DNA of 63,331 nt, the filler included. It is 9 parts of 9 records of this genome, joined end to end, with 100 filler letters (N's around TTAATTAATTAA, not from the genome) between each part and the next. Parts side by side here need not be neighbours in the genome. Positions count along the whole stretch, not along the records: positions 46,488 to 56,756 come from SRR31147125_61383; positions 56,857 to 63,331 come from SRR31147125_61529; 7 more parts are not named here. The stretch is one strand, 5' to 3'. The first letter of the stretch is position 1; every line of letters starts with the position of its first letter. Of this stretch, positions 52,925 to 62,204 are shown in pieces. The notes below the pieces were generated by a model. The model saw nothing but the letters and a program-made list of their open reading frames with translations, had not been told where the DNA came from and did no database searches. The translations under genes and the position numbers were made by a program.

Positions 52925-54733
52925 TTATGAAGAATAATGTGTCCGAATAACCTCATCCATATACGGCTTAATTTCAATGCTGCCATTTTCATTCAAACGC
53001 GTATAGTTCGCAGTCTCGTACAAAACAAAGCCGTCCAAACCTGGGTAGTTTTTTACCAACTCGATTTCCTGACGTTTAGCATGCTTCCGTCCCTCATCAT
53101 TTGGATAACCGTGATAATCACTTTGGAAGTAAAGTGGTTTATTTTCTGCACGGGTAACAGCGCTGAATGTATCCAGAACACGTTCTAAATTCCAGGGACG
53201 GAGCTTGTATATGCCACGAAATTCCAGATCATCAGCGATCTCGCGCACCCAGATTTCCCATTGCCACTCAAAATTTGGGGGAAGTGGACTCAAACGACCC
53301 CGGTCATCCGGCATGAGCATGCCAGTGTGTAGATGAAGTGTTATTCCTTTATCCCGGCTTTTTATAAGTTCCTTTGCTTCGCGGAGGAATTGCGTATAGG
53401 CATTTCCATTTATTCTGCAAATAGTTGGGTAATCTGTTCGACCTCCAGAGGCCTCAAGGACCGGCTCGTTAAACCCATAATCCCAGTATTCGGGAGAACG
53501 CGTATGGTTGCCCATTCTAAAATTGATACCGTCCACTCCCCGGTCCAGGCAAAAACGGGTGATGTCTAACCAATGTTTACGCACCTCCGGATAAATAGGA
53601 TGGAGATTTCCCAGCATGTATTCCGGTTTTCCACAGGCTGCTGCAATAAATCCATCTTTGTCCAAAGTTTTCCGGTTAGTTACTTTATAATACTCATCAA
53701 ACACGTAGAAATTATCATAATGTTCCTGCATCTTTTTCGGGTCGTTCAACTCTTTCTGAACTTCCGGCAATTGCAGGTATCGAATATACTGTTTCCTGGT
53801 TTCATGTTGAAAAAGATCCCTGTTGTGGGTCTCGAATGTAACCGGTCCCTTGCTCAGGATGAATGGTATATTTTCATTGTCAGATCCCACCAGTTCGATA
53901 ATCTTTCCATTTTCATGTGTAAAATCACCGTGTTCATCTGCCAGGGAACAACGCACGAGAATATAGGTATGGTCTTTTGGTATTATTAAATCTTCGAGGT
54001 GAAGAATACGACATTGCCGCCATTTGGGAAAACAGGGGCGCCATTCGACCGACTCCCGAAAAGAAACCGGACCGTTGTAGCGCTCAAATTTATTAGTAGA
54101 GCTACTTGTCCAAAGAGATAGATGTTCGGATTTAATGCGCGTCGGATTATCATCCCCTTTTACCAACCAGACCGCAGTAACCGGACCAGTGAATTTATTC
54201 GTTCCAGGCCTGCATTTTAATGACAATTCCGGGTGTCTGGCAGCAAACGGGTGCGCCCAGATTGAAAGACCGCACATGTCCCGAAAGGCCACTGCACCTT
54301 TTGGGAATGGCATTGAATGAGGCAATACGGTTCTAACTCCGCCATCTTCAAAGGTTTTTATTAAAGCATAGAGTTCGATTCCATGTGCGTGTGCTGATTT
54401 TACAGCTTCAGCCAACAGATCGAATCCGTGAAGATAATCTTCATAGAATGTCCAGTATGTACTGACAATCCATTGATGTCGTGTAACACCCAAAGTAGCA
54501 AGGGTTTTATGAAGATCATCTAACTGCTTCTTGTCCATAAAAGATTCATTGAGAAGAACATTATCTGAATAATCAGTCGTTGCAAACAGTTTTTTAGCGG
54601 TCTGAGGTTGTGATTTTGCGTGTGCGGTGTTGATGAACGGGCCTGTTGCACTGCTTATGGCTGCAGCACCCATCCCGCTTATTGTTTGGGTCAGAAAAGA
54701 TCGTCTGCTGATTTTATAGCCAGTTTTCACCAT
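52925..54733 (-). CDS. Tat-exported protein, possible glycoside-hydrolase-like TIM barrel (paralogue A)
   Basis: SRRSFL signal; collinear with the 51071-52873 product, with long identical blocks. Confidence 0.7.
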   Translation of the reverse strand: MVKTGYKISRRSFLTQTISGMGAAAISSATGPFINTAHAKSQPQTAKKLFATTDYSDNVLLNESFMDKKQLDDLHKTLATLGVTRHQWIVSTYWTFYEDYLHGFDLLAEAVKSAHAHGIELYALIKTFEDGGVRTVLPHSMPFPKGAVAFRDMCGLSIWAHPFAARHPELSLKCRPGTNKFTGPVTAVWLVKGDDNPTRIKSEHLSLWTSSSTNKFERYNGPVSFRESVEWRPCFPKWRQCRILHLEDLIIPKDHTYILVRCSLADEHGDFTHENGKIIELVGSDNENIPFILSKGPVTFETHNRDLFQHETRKQYIRYLQLPEVQKELNDPKKMQEHYDNFYVFDEYYKVTNRKTLDKDGFIAAACGKPEYMLGNLHPIYPEVRKHWLDITRFCLDRGVDGINFRMGNHTRSPEYWDYGFNEPVLEASGGRTDYPTICRINGNAYTQFLREAKELIKSRDKGITLHLHTGMLMPDDRGRLSPLPPNFEWQWEIWVREIADDLEFRGIYKLRPWNLERVLDTFSAVTRAENKPLYFQSDYHGYPNDEGRKHAKRQEIELVKNYPGLDGFVLYETANYTRLNENGSIEIKPYMDEVIRTHYSS

Positions 54734-54826
54734 ATTATATCTCCAGATTCAATGCCATCTATTTAGCGAAAATAACGTGTTCTTTAGGTCAAATGACGAT
54801 TAAATATTATTCAACACCTGAAACAT

Positions 54827-55972
54827 TTATTCCGTATAAAGCCAACTGATATCCAAAAGTGTAATTTGTTCTGTCGCCAATTTTTTACTGGTCCCCTTCC
54901 TGGTTCCGGCACTGTAGGAAAGAATAACTTTATCCTTTGTAAATTCAATGGCCGTGTAGCAAAACCATCCAAAAGGATCATTTTCAAGGATTTTCTTATT
55001 TTGCCATGTTTTCCCTTCGTCCCTGGAAATGGCCACATTTAAGGGCGTTCGAAAACCGCTCAATGAATGTGAAAAATCATAATTTTCATTCCATACCAGG
55101 AGCAAATCCCCGGTGTTTGGGATTCTTTTAATGGAAGCAGGGGACCTTGGAGATTTTATATTACCAGGTTGAACCGGAGACCAGCTTTCACCCTGATCCT
55201 CAGAAAAGGATATATATTGGACACCCGTATTGGACCGACAATATAGCATCAATAGTCCATTTTTCAATTCAACAATACCCGGTTCCTGTAATATGACATT
55301 AGTAGGATTAGGAGCTTGCTGACTTTTTTCCCAGGTTTTGCCGTTGTCATCGGAGAAATAAGACATAATATAGTCAGTAACTCTGAGACCATTTCTTTTC
55401 ATTTCGTCTGTTGTTAGACCGAGGGCGACAGGCAAAATTATGCGTCCATTTTGTAATTGAACGACTCTGTCATTTAATAATATGTAATAGCCATCTGCAT
55501 TTATGCATCTAACAGGCTCACTCCATGATTTGGCTTCATCCGTAGAAATTCTCATCATCGGCATACAATCAGAGTTTGAGTTTTTACGAATATAAAAAAG
55601 TGCTATTGCTCCATTTTGCAAACGTAATAAAGAAACCGACATGGTATTTAGTTTAGCCTCGTTGGCAAGTACAAGATGATCCTCAGAAGTCCATGTTTTT
55701 CCACTATCTGCAGAAAACCGTCCGGCCAGGTAGCCGCTATCGAAATTATGAGAACCAACCGTAAAATATGAATAGACAAACAAGAGGCGGCCATCCTCTA
55801 ACCATATAAAATCGCCTTCACTATTTCTGAAATTACCTTCATGAGGTTCTAAACGTAAGGTCCTTTCTATAGGTGAATAATTGCTGTTTTTTTGACTTGT
55901 TTTGCAGGACAACAATAATAAACTCGATATATAAATCGTCAAGACCCAACATCTATACTTTGTCATTTTCAT
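54827..55972 (-). CDS. Sialidase-like BNR/Asp-box beta-propeller lipoprotein
   Basis: Lipobox LLSC; five Asp boxes (SADSGKTW, STDEAKSW, SDDNGKTW, SEDQGESW, SRDEGKTW); QEP and RTPL motifs. Confidence 0.88.
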   Translation of the reverse strand: MKMTKYRCWVLTIYISSLLLLSCKTSQKNSNYSPIERTLRLEPHEGNFRNSEGDFIWLEDGRLLFVYSYFTVGSHNFDSGYLAGRFSADSGKTWTSEDHLVLANEAKLNTMSVSLLRLQNGAIALFYIRKNSNSDCMPMMRISTDEAKSWSEPVRCINADGYYILLNDRVVQLQNGRIILPVALGLTTDEMKRNGLRVTDYIMSYFSDDNGKTWEKSQQAPNPTNVILQEPGIVELKNGLLMLYCRSNTGVQYISFSEDQGESWSPVQPGNIKSPRSPASIKRIPNTGDLLLVWNENYDFSHSLSGFRTPLNVAISRDEGKTWQNKKILENDPFGWFCYTAIEFTKDKVILSYSAGTRKGTSKKLATEQITLLDISWLYTE

Positions 55973-56181
55973 AAAAATTCCTTTATTTATTCATCTCAAC
56001 AGGTTTACTTTTTGTAGCTCTCCAATGGAAGGATTAGTTTTTTGTATCAATATGAATGACATGAAAATATACACATCATTGTAGGTCCTCTGCTAATAGG
56101 AGCGTTCATATTTATAAGCTATGCGTACAAAACCTAAAAATAGAGTTCAAAAAAGGTGGGGTATAAATTTAGAGTAAAATA

Positions 56182-56756
56182 TTAGTTGGAGTTTTGTTTG
56201 ATATAATCAGAAGGGAGGACACCAAATTGTTGCTTGAATGCTTTGGCAAAATGAGAGGGATTTTTAAAACCAACTTCGAAAGTAATCTCTGTCACAGTGA
56301 GTCCTGATTTTTTTAATAACTGACCAGCCCTTTTAAGACGAATGCTGACAATGAAATCCCGCACAGAAGAACCTGTGAGCGATTTAATCTTACTATAAAG
56401 CGCTGTTCTGCTCATACCAATTTCCCTGGCAAAACCTTGAGGATCAAATTCCGGATCATCCATATGCTTTTCAACGATTTCAATTGCCCGATTAAGAAAT
56501 TTTTCATCAATTGACGTTATGCTTATCTCTGTTGGATTAACCAGAATATTTTTCTGATATTTTTGCCAAAGCTTCCTGCGGATTCAAGAATATTTTTCAT
56601 TCGTATTTTTAATTCTTTACTATCGAAAGGTTTTGTAAGGTATTCATCAGCGCCTGTTTCTAATCCTTCTAACTTTTGCTTTTGTAAAGTCCGGGCGGTC
56701 AGTAATATTATGGGGATGTGACTGGTTTTTTCATCATTTTTAATTCTTTGACAAAA
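56182..56756 (-). CDS. Receiver + AraC HTH C-terminus, probably of a hybrid two-component regulator (5' truncated, frameshift near 56580)
   Basis: [12 protein letters not shown] and [10 protein letters not shown], then [25 protein letters not shown]. Confidence 0.87.
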
Positions 56757-56856
56757 NNNNNNNNNNNNNNNNNNNNNNNNNNNNNNNNNNNNNNNNNNNN
56801 TTAATTAATTAANNNNNNNNNNNNNNNNNNNNNNNNNNNNNNNNNNNNNNNNNNNN
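56757..56856. other. Artificial contig linker
   Basis: N-TTAATTAATTAA-N. Confidence 0.99.
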
Positions 56857-57509
56857 AGCGTGCTGCTACTTAACATACTAACTCCACCGCCAGAATTTCC
56901 CATGCCTCCAAAATGGTTTGGGTTTGGGATTTGTATTCCTTCAAGTCTCCATAAAATTCCACGAGGTGTATTCCCCCTAACAATTATTTCGTTCGATAAA
57001 TCGTCTCCACCACCAACTCCTGCATAGTTTTGAACCATACGCGCCGGATCGAGAATGGAGGCAGCATATCGCTGTGTTTCTTCAACTGAAATAGAACGGG
57101 CACTAACGGTTGCCATTTCATTTAATGCTCCTGTTTTGTTTTTCGTTGCTTTAATTACTGCACCTTCAATCTCGGTTAGCGATTCTTCGAGTTCAATATT
57201 TAATACAATTTCTTTGCCTGATGTAAGTAAGAGGTTCGGTATTACGCGGTCGATATATCCCAGGTAACTTATTTTAATTGTTTTTCTTCCGATTGGAATT
57301 TTTTCAAGTCGGAAGTTGCCGTCTAAATCAGTTACTGTACCAATAACCGGATCGGAACCAACAATTATTACAGCAGCTCCAATTAATGATGTCTTTGTGT
57401 CCTTATCTATTACTTTTCCACGAATGGTTTGATATAAATCCTGGTTGTTAGAAAATGCATTGATAGATATTACAAGGAAAATTATTATTAGATTTTTTAG
57501 TTTATTCAT
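56857..57509 (-). CDS. TonB-dependent receptor, N-terminal part (3' truncated)
   Basis: QTIRGKVID, TDLDGNF, and plug motifs DPARM..NEIIVRGN..PNPNHF (Bacteroidota type). Confidence 0.88.
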
Positions 57510-57671
57510 GTCAATATCATTTTTTTTAAGAAAGACATTAACAGAATTTCAGAGTTGCATGTATGAAATATTTTTTGTTGTTGGGTGTTGGGTGTCAGTT
57601 AGATGACAATTGCATCTGGCAGGCTTTTTCCGGAACTTGATTTTTTTAGAGATGTTAAATAGAACATATAT

Positions 57672-58454
57672 TTAATCAAACCCAAACACCATTCCTGTTT
57701 TAACCTGTTTTAGTGGAAAACTTTGGTTAAATGCTGATAATGCAGCCAATTCCGTGCAATGAGATGGGTAAATATATTTTATGTTTCGTTCTTTAAAATA
57801 TTGAATGGTTTTCTGTGTTTGCATGTTGTTATGTTTCAAGTGAAAACCACCAATAACACCTTTCACTTTTGTAATTCCTGTTATTGATATTGCATAATCG
57901 ATGATATTGCAAATCCCGGAATGGGCACAGCCTGAAATTATTACTAATTCATCATTATCAATTATTGCCAAACCAGAATCATCAGGCACAAAATCAGGTT
58001 TGTTGTTTTCATCAACAAATGGTGTTGTTTTAGATTCAAAAGAGTTTGTTCTGGGAATTTCGCCCAAGAAAATAATGTTTTGTGTTATTTCATATGGATT
58101 TCTGCTCGCAGTTAGTTGAAATCTGCGTTTGATTTCTTCTTTTTCCAATACTAAACCAATATTTTCATTGTCGATTTTATGATATCGTTTCATGAAAACA
58201 TCAGGGTGGGAAATTAGCTTTTTGTCATTTAAAAATTGCAACCCATTGCCATGATCCCAATGTCCGTGGCTTAGTACAACTGTTTTTATTTGCGTGATAT
58301 CAATGTTTAACTTTTTGGCATTTTTTAAAAATACATCAGAATGGCCGGTGTCGAAAAGGATTTTTATGTTGTCATGCTCAATGGAATAAGATAAGCCATG
58401 CTCTGCAAGTAAAGAGTTGCCAGCCATATTTTCGGTAAGAACTGTAAGCTTCAT
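57672..58454 (-). CDS. MBL-fold metallo-hydrolase (MJ0301-like)
   Basis: AEHGLS, FDTG, SHGHWDHG, GCAHSG, GGFHL, and HCT motifs. Confidence 0.88.
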   Translation of the reverse strand: MKLTVLTENMAGNSLLAEHGLSYSIEHDNIKILFDTGHSDVFLKNAKKLNIDITQIKTVVLSHGHWDHGNGLQFLNDKKLISHPDVFMKRYHKIDNENIGLVLEKEEIKRRFQLTASRNPYEITQNIIFLGEIPRTNSFESKTTPFVDENNKPDFVPDDSGLAIIDNDELVIISGCAHSGICNIIDYAISITGITKVKGVIGGFHLKHNNMQTQKTIQYFKERNIKYIYPSHCTELAALSAFNQSFPLKQVKTGMVFGFD

Positions 58455-58566
58455 TTTAGAATTTATGGAAAAGGTTAAACAATTTCGAAATTAAAAAATT
58501 ATATCAATGTATCTTAATATCTTAGCTAAATCGGAAAAAAACTAACAAAAGCATTTCTATTTAATA

Positions 58567-59223
58567 ATGATGAAAAGAAAAACATGCATAGTTATAGGTG
58601 TTGGTCCTGGATTAGGCCTGTCTTTGGTGAAGAAGTTTGCATCTCAAGGATTTGCAGTTGCAATGATATCTCGTAATCCTGAAAAACTAAATAACTACAA
58701 AAAAGATTTCGACAAAGAAGGACTTACTACGTATGCATATCCTGCCGATATTGGAATTAAAAAAGAACTAGCAAAAACTTTAAAAACAATAATTAAAAAG
58801 TTCAATAGGATAGACACGATTATTTTTAATGCATCAGTGCTAACCGAGGGGAGCCCTTCTGAAATTAAAGTTAAGAAGATAAAAGGTGATTTAAACATAA
58901 ATCTGTTTGCAGCAATTCTTGCTGTTCAAACTATTTTGCCAACAATGAAAGAACAGGGGTTTGGAACGATTCTCTTCACAGGTAGCGGAGCTGCTGTTCA
59001 ACCTATTTCAACAATAATTTCGCTTTCAATGAGTAAATCGGCATTGCGTTTTTATGCATTGGGATTAGCAGAGGAATTAAAAAACTCTGATGTTTATGTT
59101 GGAACAGTAACTATTAAAGGGGCTATTGAGAAAAATACACATTTCGATCCCGAAAAAATAGCTAAAACTTTTTGGTGGTTGTACCAGAATCACCCTGAAA
59201 CCATAGAATTTATCTATGAGTAA
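58567..59223 (+). CDS. Short-chain dehydrogenase/reductase
   Basis: GVGPGLG, FNAS, and FTGS motifs; YxxxK position reads LSMSK. Confidence 0.88.
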   Translation: MMKRKTCIVIGVGPGLGLSLVKKFASQGFAVAMISRNPEKLNNYKKDFDKEGLTTYAYPADIGIKKELAKTLKTIIKKFNRIDTIIFNASVLTEGSPSEIKVKKIKGDLNINLFAAILAVQTILPTMKEQGFGTILFTGSGAAVQPISTIISLSMSKSALRFYALGLAEELKNSDVYVGTVTIKGAIEKNTHFDPEKIAKTFWWLYQNHPETIEFIYE

Positions 59224-59334
59224 CTGAAAACTAAATAGAGGTTGTCCATAAAGTTTAATTGCAACACCTTCAATAGAATTTATGTTTTTTATAATGTATT
59301 TTACAGACAACCTTTTTAGCATCATTTAAAATGT

Positions 59335-59787
59335 TTATTGTACAATTCCTACTTGAATTTCAGTAATATTATTCTCCTCGTTTTCAAAATCGCATACATG
59401 ATATACCTCTCTGCAATAATTGGTTGGTTTATAACCGTTTTGCATAATCTCACCAATTAACTTTTCGTAGCTGAATTTTAAATCAGACCAGGCACCTTTA
59501 TGCTCCATGTGAGCGCATGTAAACGACTCAAGCTTTTTTATATTCGTTAAGTTGTTGCTTTGTTTTTCATTAACCGGGAAAGCAATTCGCAAGGTAAATT
59601 CTTTCTCAGGATCATTTTCAACATCAATATACTCCCAAATTTGTGGTGATGTGATTTCCAGGTTAGCATCCTCGATTTGTTTTCTTAGTTTATCAGGTTC
59701 AGTGCCAACATATTTGCTAATGTTAAGCAAGTTTGTTCTTAACTCTTTGTAGGCTACCGTAACGGGCTGAATTTCTTTGATATTCAT
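59335..59787 (-). CDS. GyrI-like small-molecule-binding protein
   Basis: HKGAWSDL..Y, REVY, and TEIQ motifs; ATG at 59787. Confidence 0.85.
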   Translation of the reverse strand: MNIKEIQPVTVAYKELRTNLLNISKYVGTEPDKLRKQIEDANLEITSPQIWEYIDVENDPEKEFTLRIAFPVNEKQSNNLTNIKKLESFTCAHMEHKGAWSDLKFSYEKLIGEIMQNGYKPTNYCREVYHVCDFENEENNITEIQVGIVQ

Positions 59788-59835
59788 ACTAAAAATTTTA
59801 TATATTAAACTTGAATCAAAAGTAGAAGTGCATAG

Positions 59836-59851
59836 TGACAACCTTATGTCA
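59836..59851. promoter_or_regulatory. Palindromic operator TGACA-N6-TGTCA
   Basis: TGACA-ACCTTA-TGTCA about 50 bp upstream of the GyrI-like gene. Confidence 0.55.
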
Positions 59852-59877
59852 ATAGAAATAATAAAAACTTACAAAAG

Positions 59878-60009
59878 ATGAAATACAACCCATGTATACC
59901 TTGGACTATGTATGCCGGAATGACTGAAGAAGATTTAGGTGCAATCTATGAATATTTAAGAACGCTTGAACCAAAAGACAACCGGGTTGAAAAATTTACT
60001 CAAAGATAA
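59878..60009 (+). pseudogene. C-terminal remnant of a c-type cytochrome
   Basis: PWTMYAGMTEEDLGAIYEYLRTLEP matches a cytochrome c C-terminal helix; no CxxCH upstream. Confidence 0.6.
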
Positions 60010-60065
60010 TTGAAGATTTACTAGGAAGATTTATTCATATTTTATTTATTGGCATTTATAATTTA

Positions 60066-61112
60066 ATGTTAATGAATAACAAAATATTTTATCCGCCTGA
60101 ATGGTATCCACAAGATGCTGTGATGCTTTCTTGGCCTGAAAGACATACAGATTGGAAATCTAATCTTGAGGATGTTCGAAAAACATATGTTACTATAATC
60201 TCGATATTGGCAGAGTTTGAAAAAGTTGTTGTATTATGCGATAATAAAACGGAAGTAAAGAAATACTTAAAAAAGTCAAATATTAACAATGTAATCCTGA
60301 TTGAAGCAAAATACAACGATACATGGACTCGCGATTATGGCCCCATCACCATTTTTGAGAACAATGCGCCAAAATTTTTAGATTTTCAATTTAATGGTTG
60401 GGGCAATAAATACGATGCAGTACTTGATAATAGCATAACAAAGAAACTATATGATTCCGGAATAGTTTTTAACGATAAGGTGAAATATGCGAACATGTTA
60501 GATTATATTCTGGAAGGAGGAAGTATTGATACAGATGGAAACGGCACTTTGCTAACCACGACACAATGTTTGCTTTCGAAACAAAGAAACCCTGGATTGT
60601 CGCAAGTTCAAATTGAAGATAAACTTAAAAAGTTACTCGGCATAAAAAATGTTTTATGGCTTAATCATGGAGAAATTGGAGGAGATGACACCGATGGGCA
60701 TATAGATACATTAGCCAAATTCTGCGATGAGAATACGATTGTTTATGCATCAAGTAACAATTCGCAATCTCAGCAGTACCTTGAACTTAAAAAGATGGAA
60801 GAAGAATTGAAAGAATTTGAAGACATTAATAACAAGAAATATAATTTGGTAAACTTACCAATACCAGAGCCTAAGTACAGTTCAGCAAAAAAAACATTGC
60901 CCGCAACATATGTTAATTTTTTAATTACAAATGAAGTTGTACTTATTCCAGCCTATAACGATAGAAAAGATGAAGAAGCAAATAATATATTGACGAATAT
61001 TTTCAGAGATAAAAAAATCATATCGATAGATTGCGTATCTTTAATACAACAATATGGTTCATTACACTGTATAACAATGCAATTACCAAAAGCAACACTA
61101 ATAAATAATTGA
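60066..61112 (+). CDS. aguA: Agmatine deiminase (PAD family)
   Basis: PPEW, DTWTRDYGP, FNGWG, LEGGSI, DTDGHID, and GSLHCITMQ motifs. Confidence 0.93.
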   Translation: MLMNNKIFYPPEWYPQDAVMLSWPERHTDWKSNLEDVRKTYVTIISILAEFEKVVVLCDNKTEVKKYLKKSNINNVILIEAKYNDTWTRDYGPITIFENNAPKFLDFQFNGWGNKYDAVLDNSITKKLYDSGIVFNDKVKYANMLDYILEGGSIDTDGNGTLLTTTQCLLSKQRNPGLSQVQIEDKLKKLLGIKNVLWLNHGEIGGDDTDGHIDTLAKFCDENTIVYASSNNSQSQQYLELKKMEEELKEFEDINNKKYNLVNLPIPEPKYSSAKKTLPATYVNFLITNEVVLIPAYNDRKDEEANNILTNIFRDKKIISIDCVSLIQQYGSLHCITMQLPKATLINN

Positions 61113-61113
61113 T

Positions 61114-61998
61114 ATGTCAAATTCAATGAAAATCGGACTTGTTCAGCAACGTATTTCACAAAGTAGCGAAAGAAATTCAGAAAACTTAATCAATAATATT
61201 GCTGATTGTGCGAAGAAAGGTGCCAGATTGGTAGTACTCTCGGAGCTTCATAATTCGGTATATTTTTGCCAAACTGAAAACAGCAAAAATTTCGATTTAG
61301 CTGAAAGTATACCTGGCCCTTCAACTGATGCGTTTGGGGAATTATCAAAAGAATTGGGAATTGTTCTGGTTACATCATTATTTGAAAAGCGAGGAGCAGG
61401 TATTTATCATAATACAGCAGTTGTATTAGATAAAGGCGAGATAGTTGGAAAGTACAGAAAAATGCATATCCCTGATGATCCGGGCTATTACGAGAAATAT
61501 TATTTTACGCCTGGTGATTTAGGATTTGAGCCAATCGACACTTCTGTAGGTAAGCTTGGTGTTTTAATTTGTTGGGATCAGTGGTTTCCCGAAGCAGCGA
61601 GATTAATGGCCATGAAAGGTGCGGAAATGCTTATATATCCAACAGCTATTGGCTGGGATATTACCGATAATATGGAGGAACAACAAAAACAACTTGATTC
61701 ATGGGTTAATATTCAACGTTCCCATGCAATTGCTAATGGATTGTTTGTAATATCAACAAATAGAATTGGATATGAGATAGACCCTTCCATGCAGACTAAA
61801 GGCATTGATTTTTGGGGAAATAGTTTTATCGCTGGGCCGCAAGGCGAACTTATATATTCAGCAAGCGTTTTCGAAGAAGAAAATCCGGTATTAGAAATCG
61901 ATAAATCAATAATTGAAACAACCAGGCGAACCTGGCCATTTTTTAGAGATAGAAGAATTGATGCCTATGGCAAAATAAATTCGATATTTCATAGTTAG
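61114..61998 (+). CDS. aguB: N-carbamoylputrescine amidase (carbon-nitrogen hydrolase)
   Basis: E-K-C triad: SELH, YRKMHIPDDPGYYEK, ICWDQWFPEAAR; directly after aguA. Confidence 0.92.
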   Translation: MSNSMKIGLVQQRISQSSERNSENLINNIADCAKKGARLVVLSELHNSVYFCQTENSKNFDLAESIPGPSTDAFGELSKELGIVLVTSLFEKRGAGIYHNTAVVLDKGEIVGKYRKMHIPDDPGYYEKYYFTPGDLGFEPIDTSVGKLGVLICWDQWFPEAARLMAMKGAEMLIYPTAIGWDITDNMEEQQKQLDSWVNIQRSHAIANGLFVISTNRIGYEIDPSMQTKGIDFWGNSFIAGPQGELIYSASVFEEENPVLEIDKSIIETTRRTWPFFRDRRIDAYGKINSIFHS

Positions 61999-62110
61999 TA
62001 CCCCTTGAAATAATTGGAGTTTTTTTAATGCTTTTTAGCCTACCCATATTTAATCAGTAGTGTCTAGTAAAATAATTGAACCGGTCAGAACTGACAAAAA
62101 ATAACTTTTT

Positions 62111-62140
62111 CGAAAATGTATACATCGTATACGAAAATGT
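62111..62140 (+). promoter_or_regulatory. CGAAAATGT direct repeat at 21-bp period (AraC-type site candidate)
   Basis: Copies at 62111 and 62132, upstream of the hydrolase gene. Confidence 0.4.
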
Positions 62141-62204
62141 TTAAGTGAAAAGCACCCTGCTTGACCGAACTTTGTATCAGTTAATAATTTAAAAATTAAT
62201 TGAT

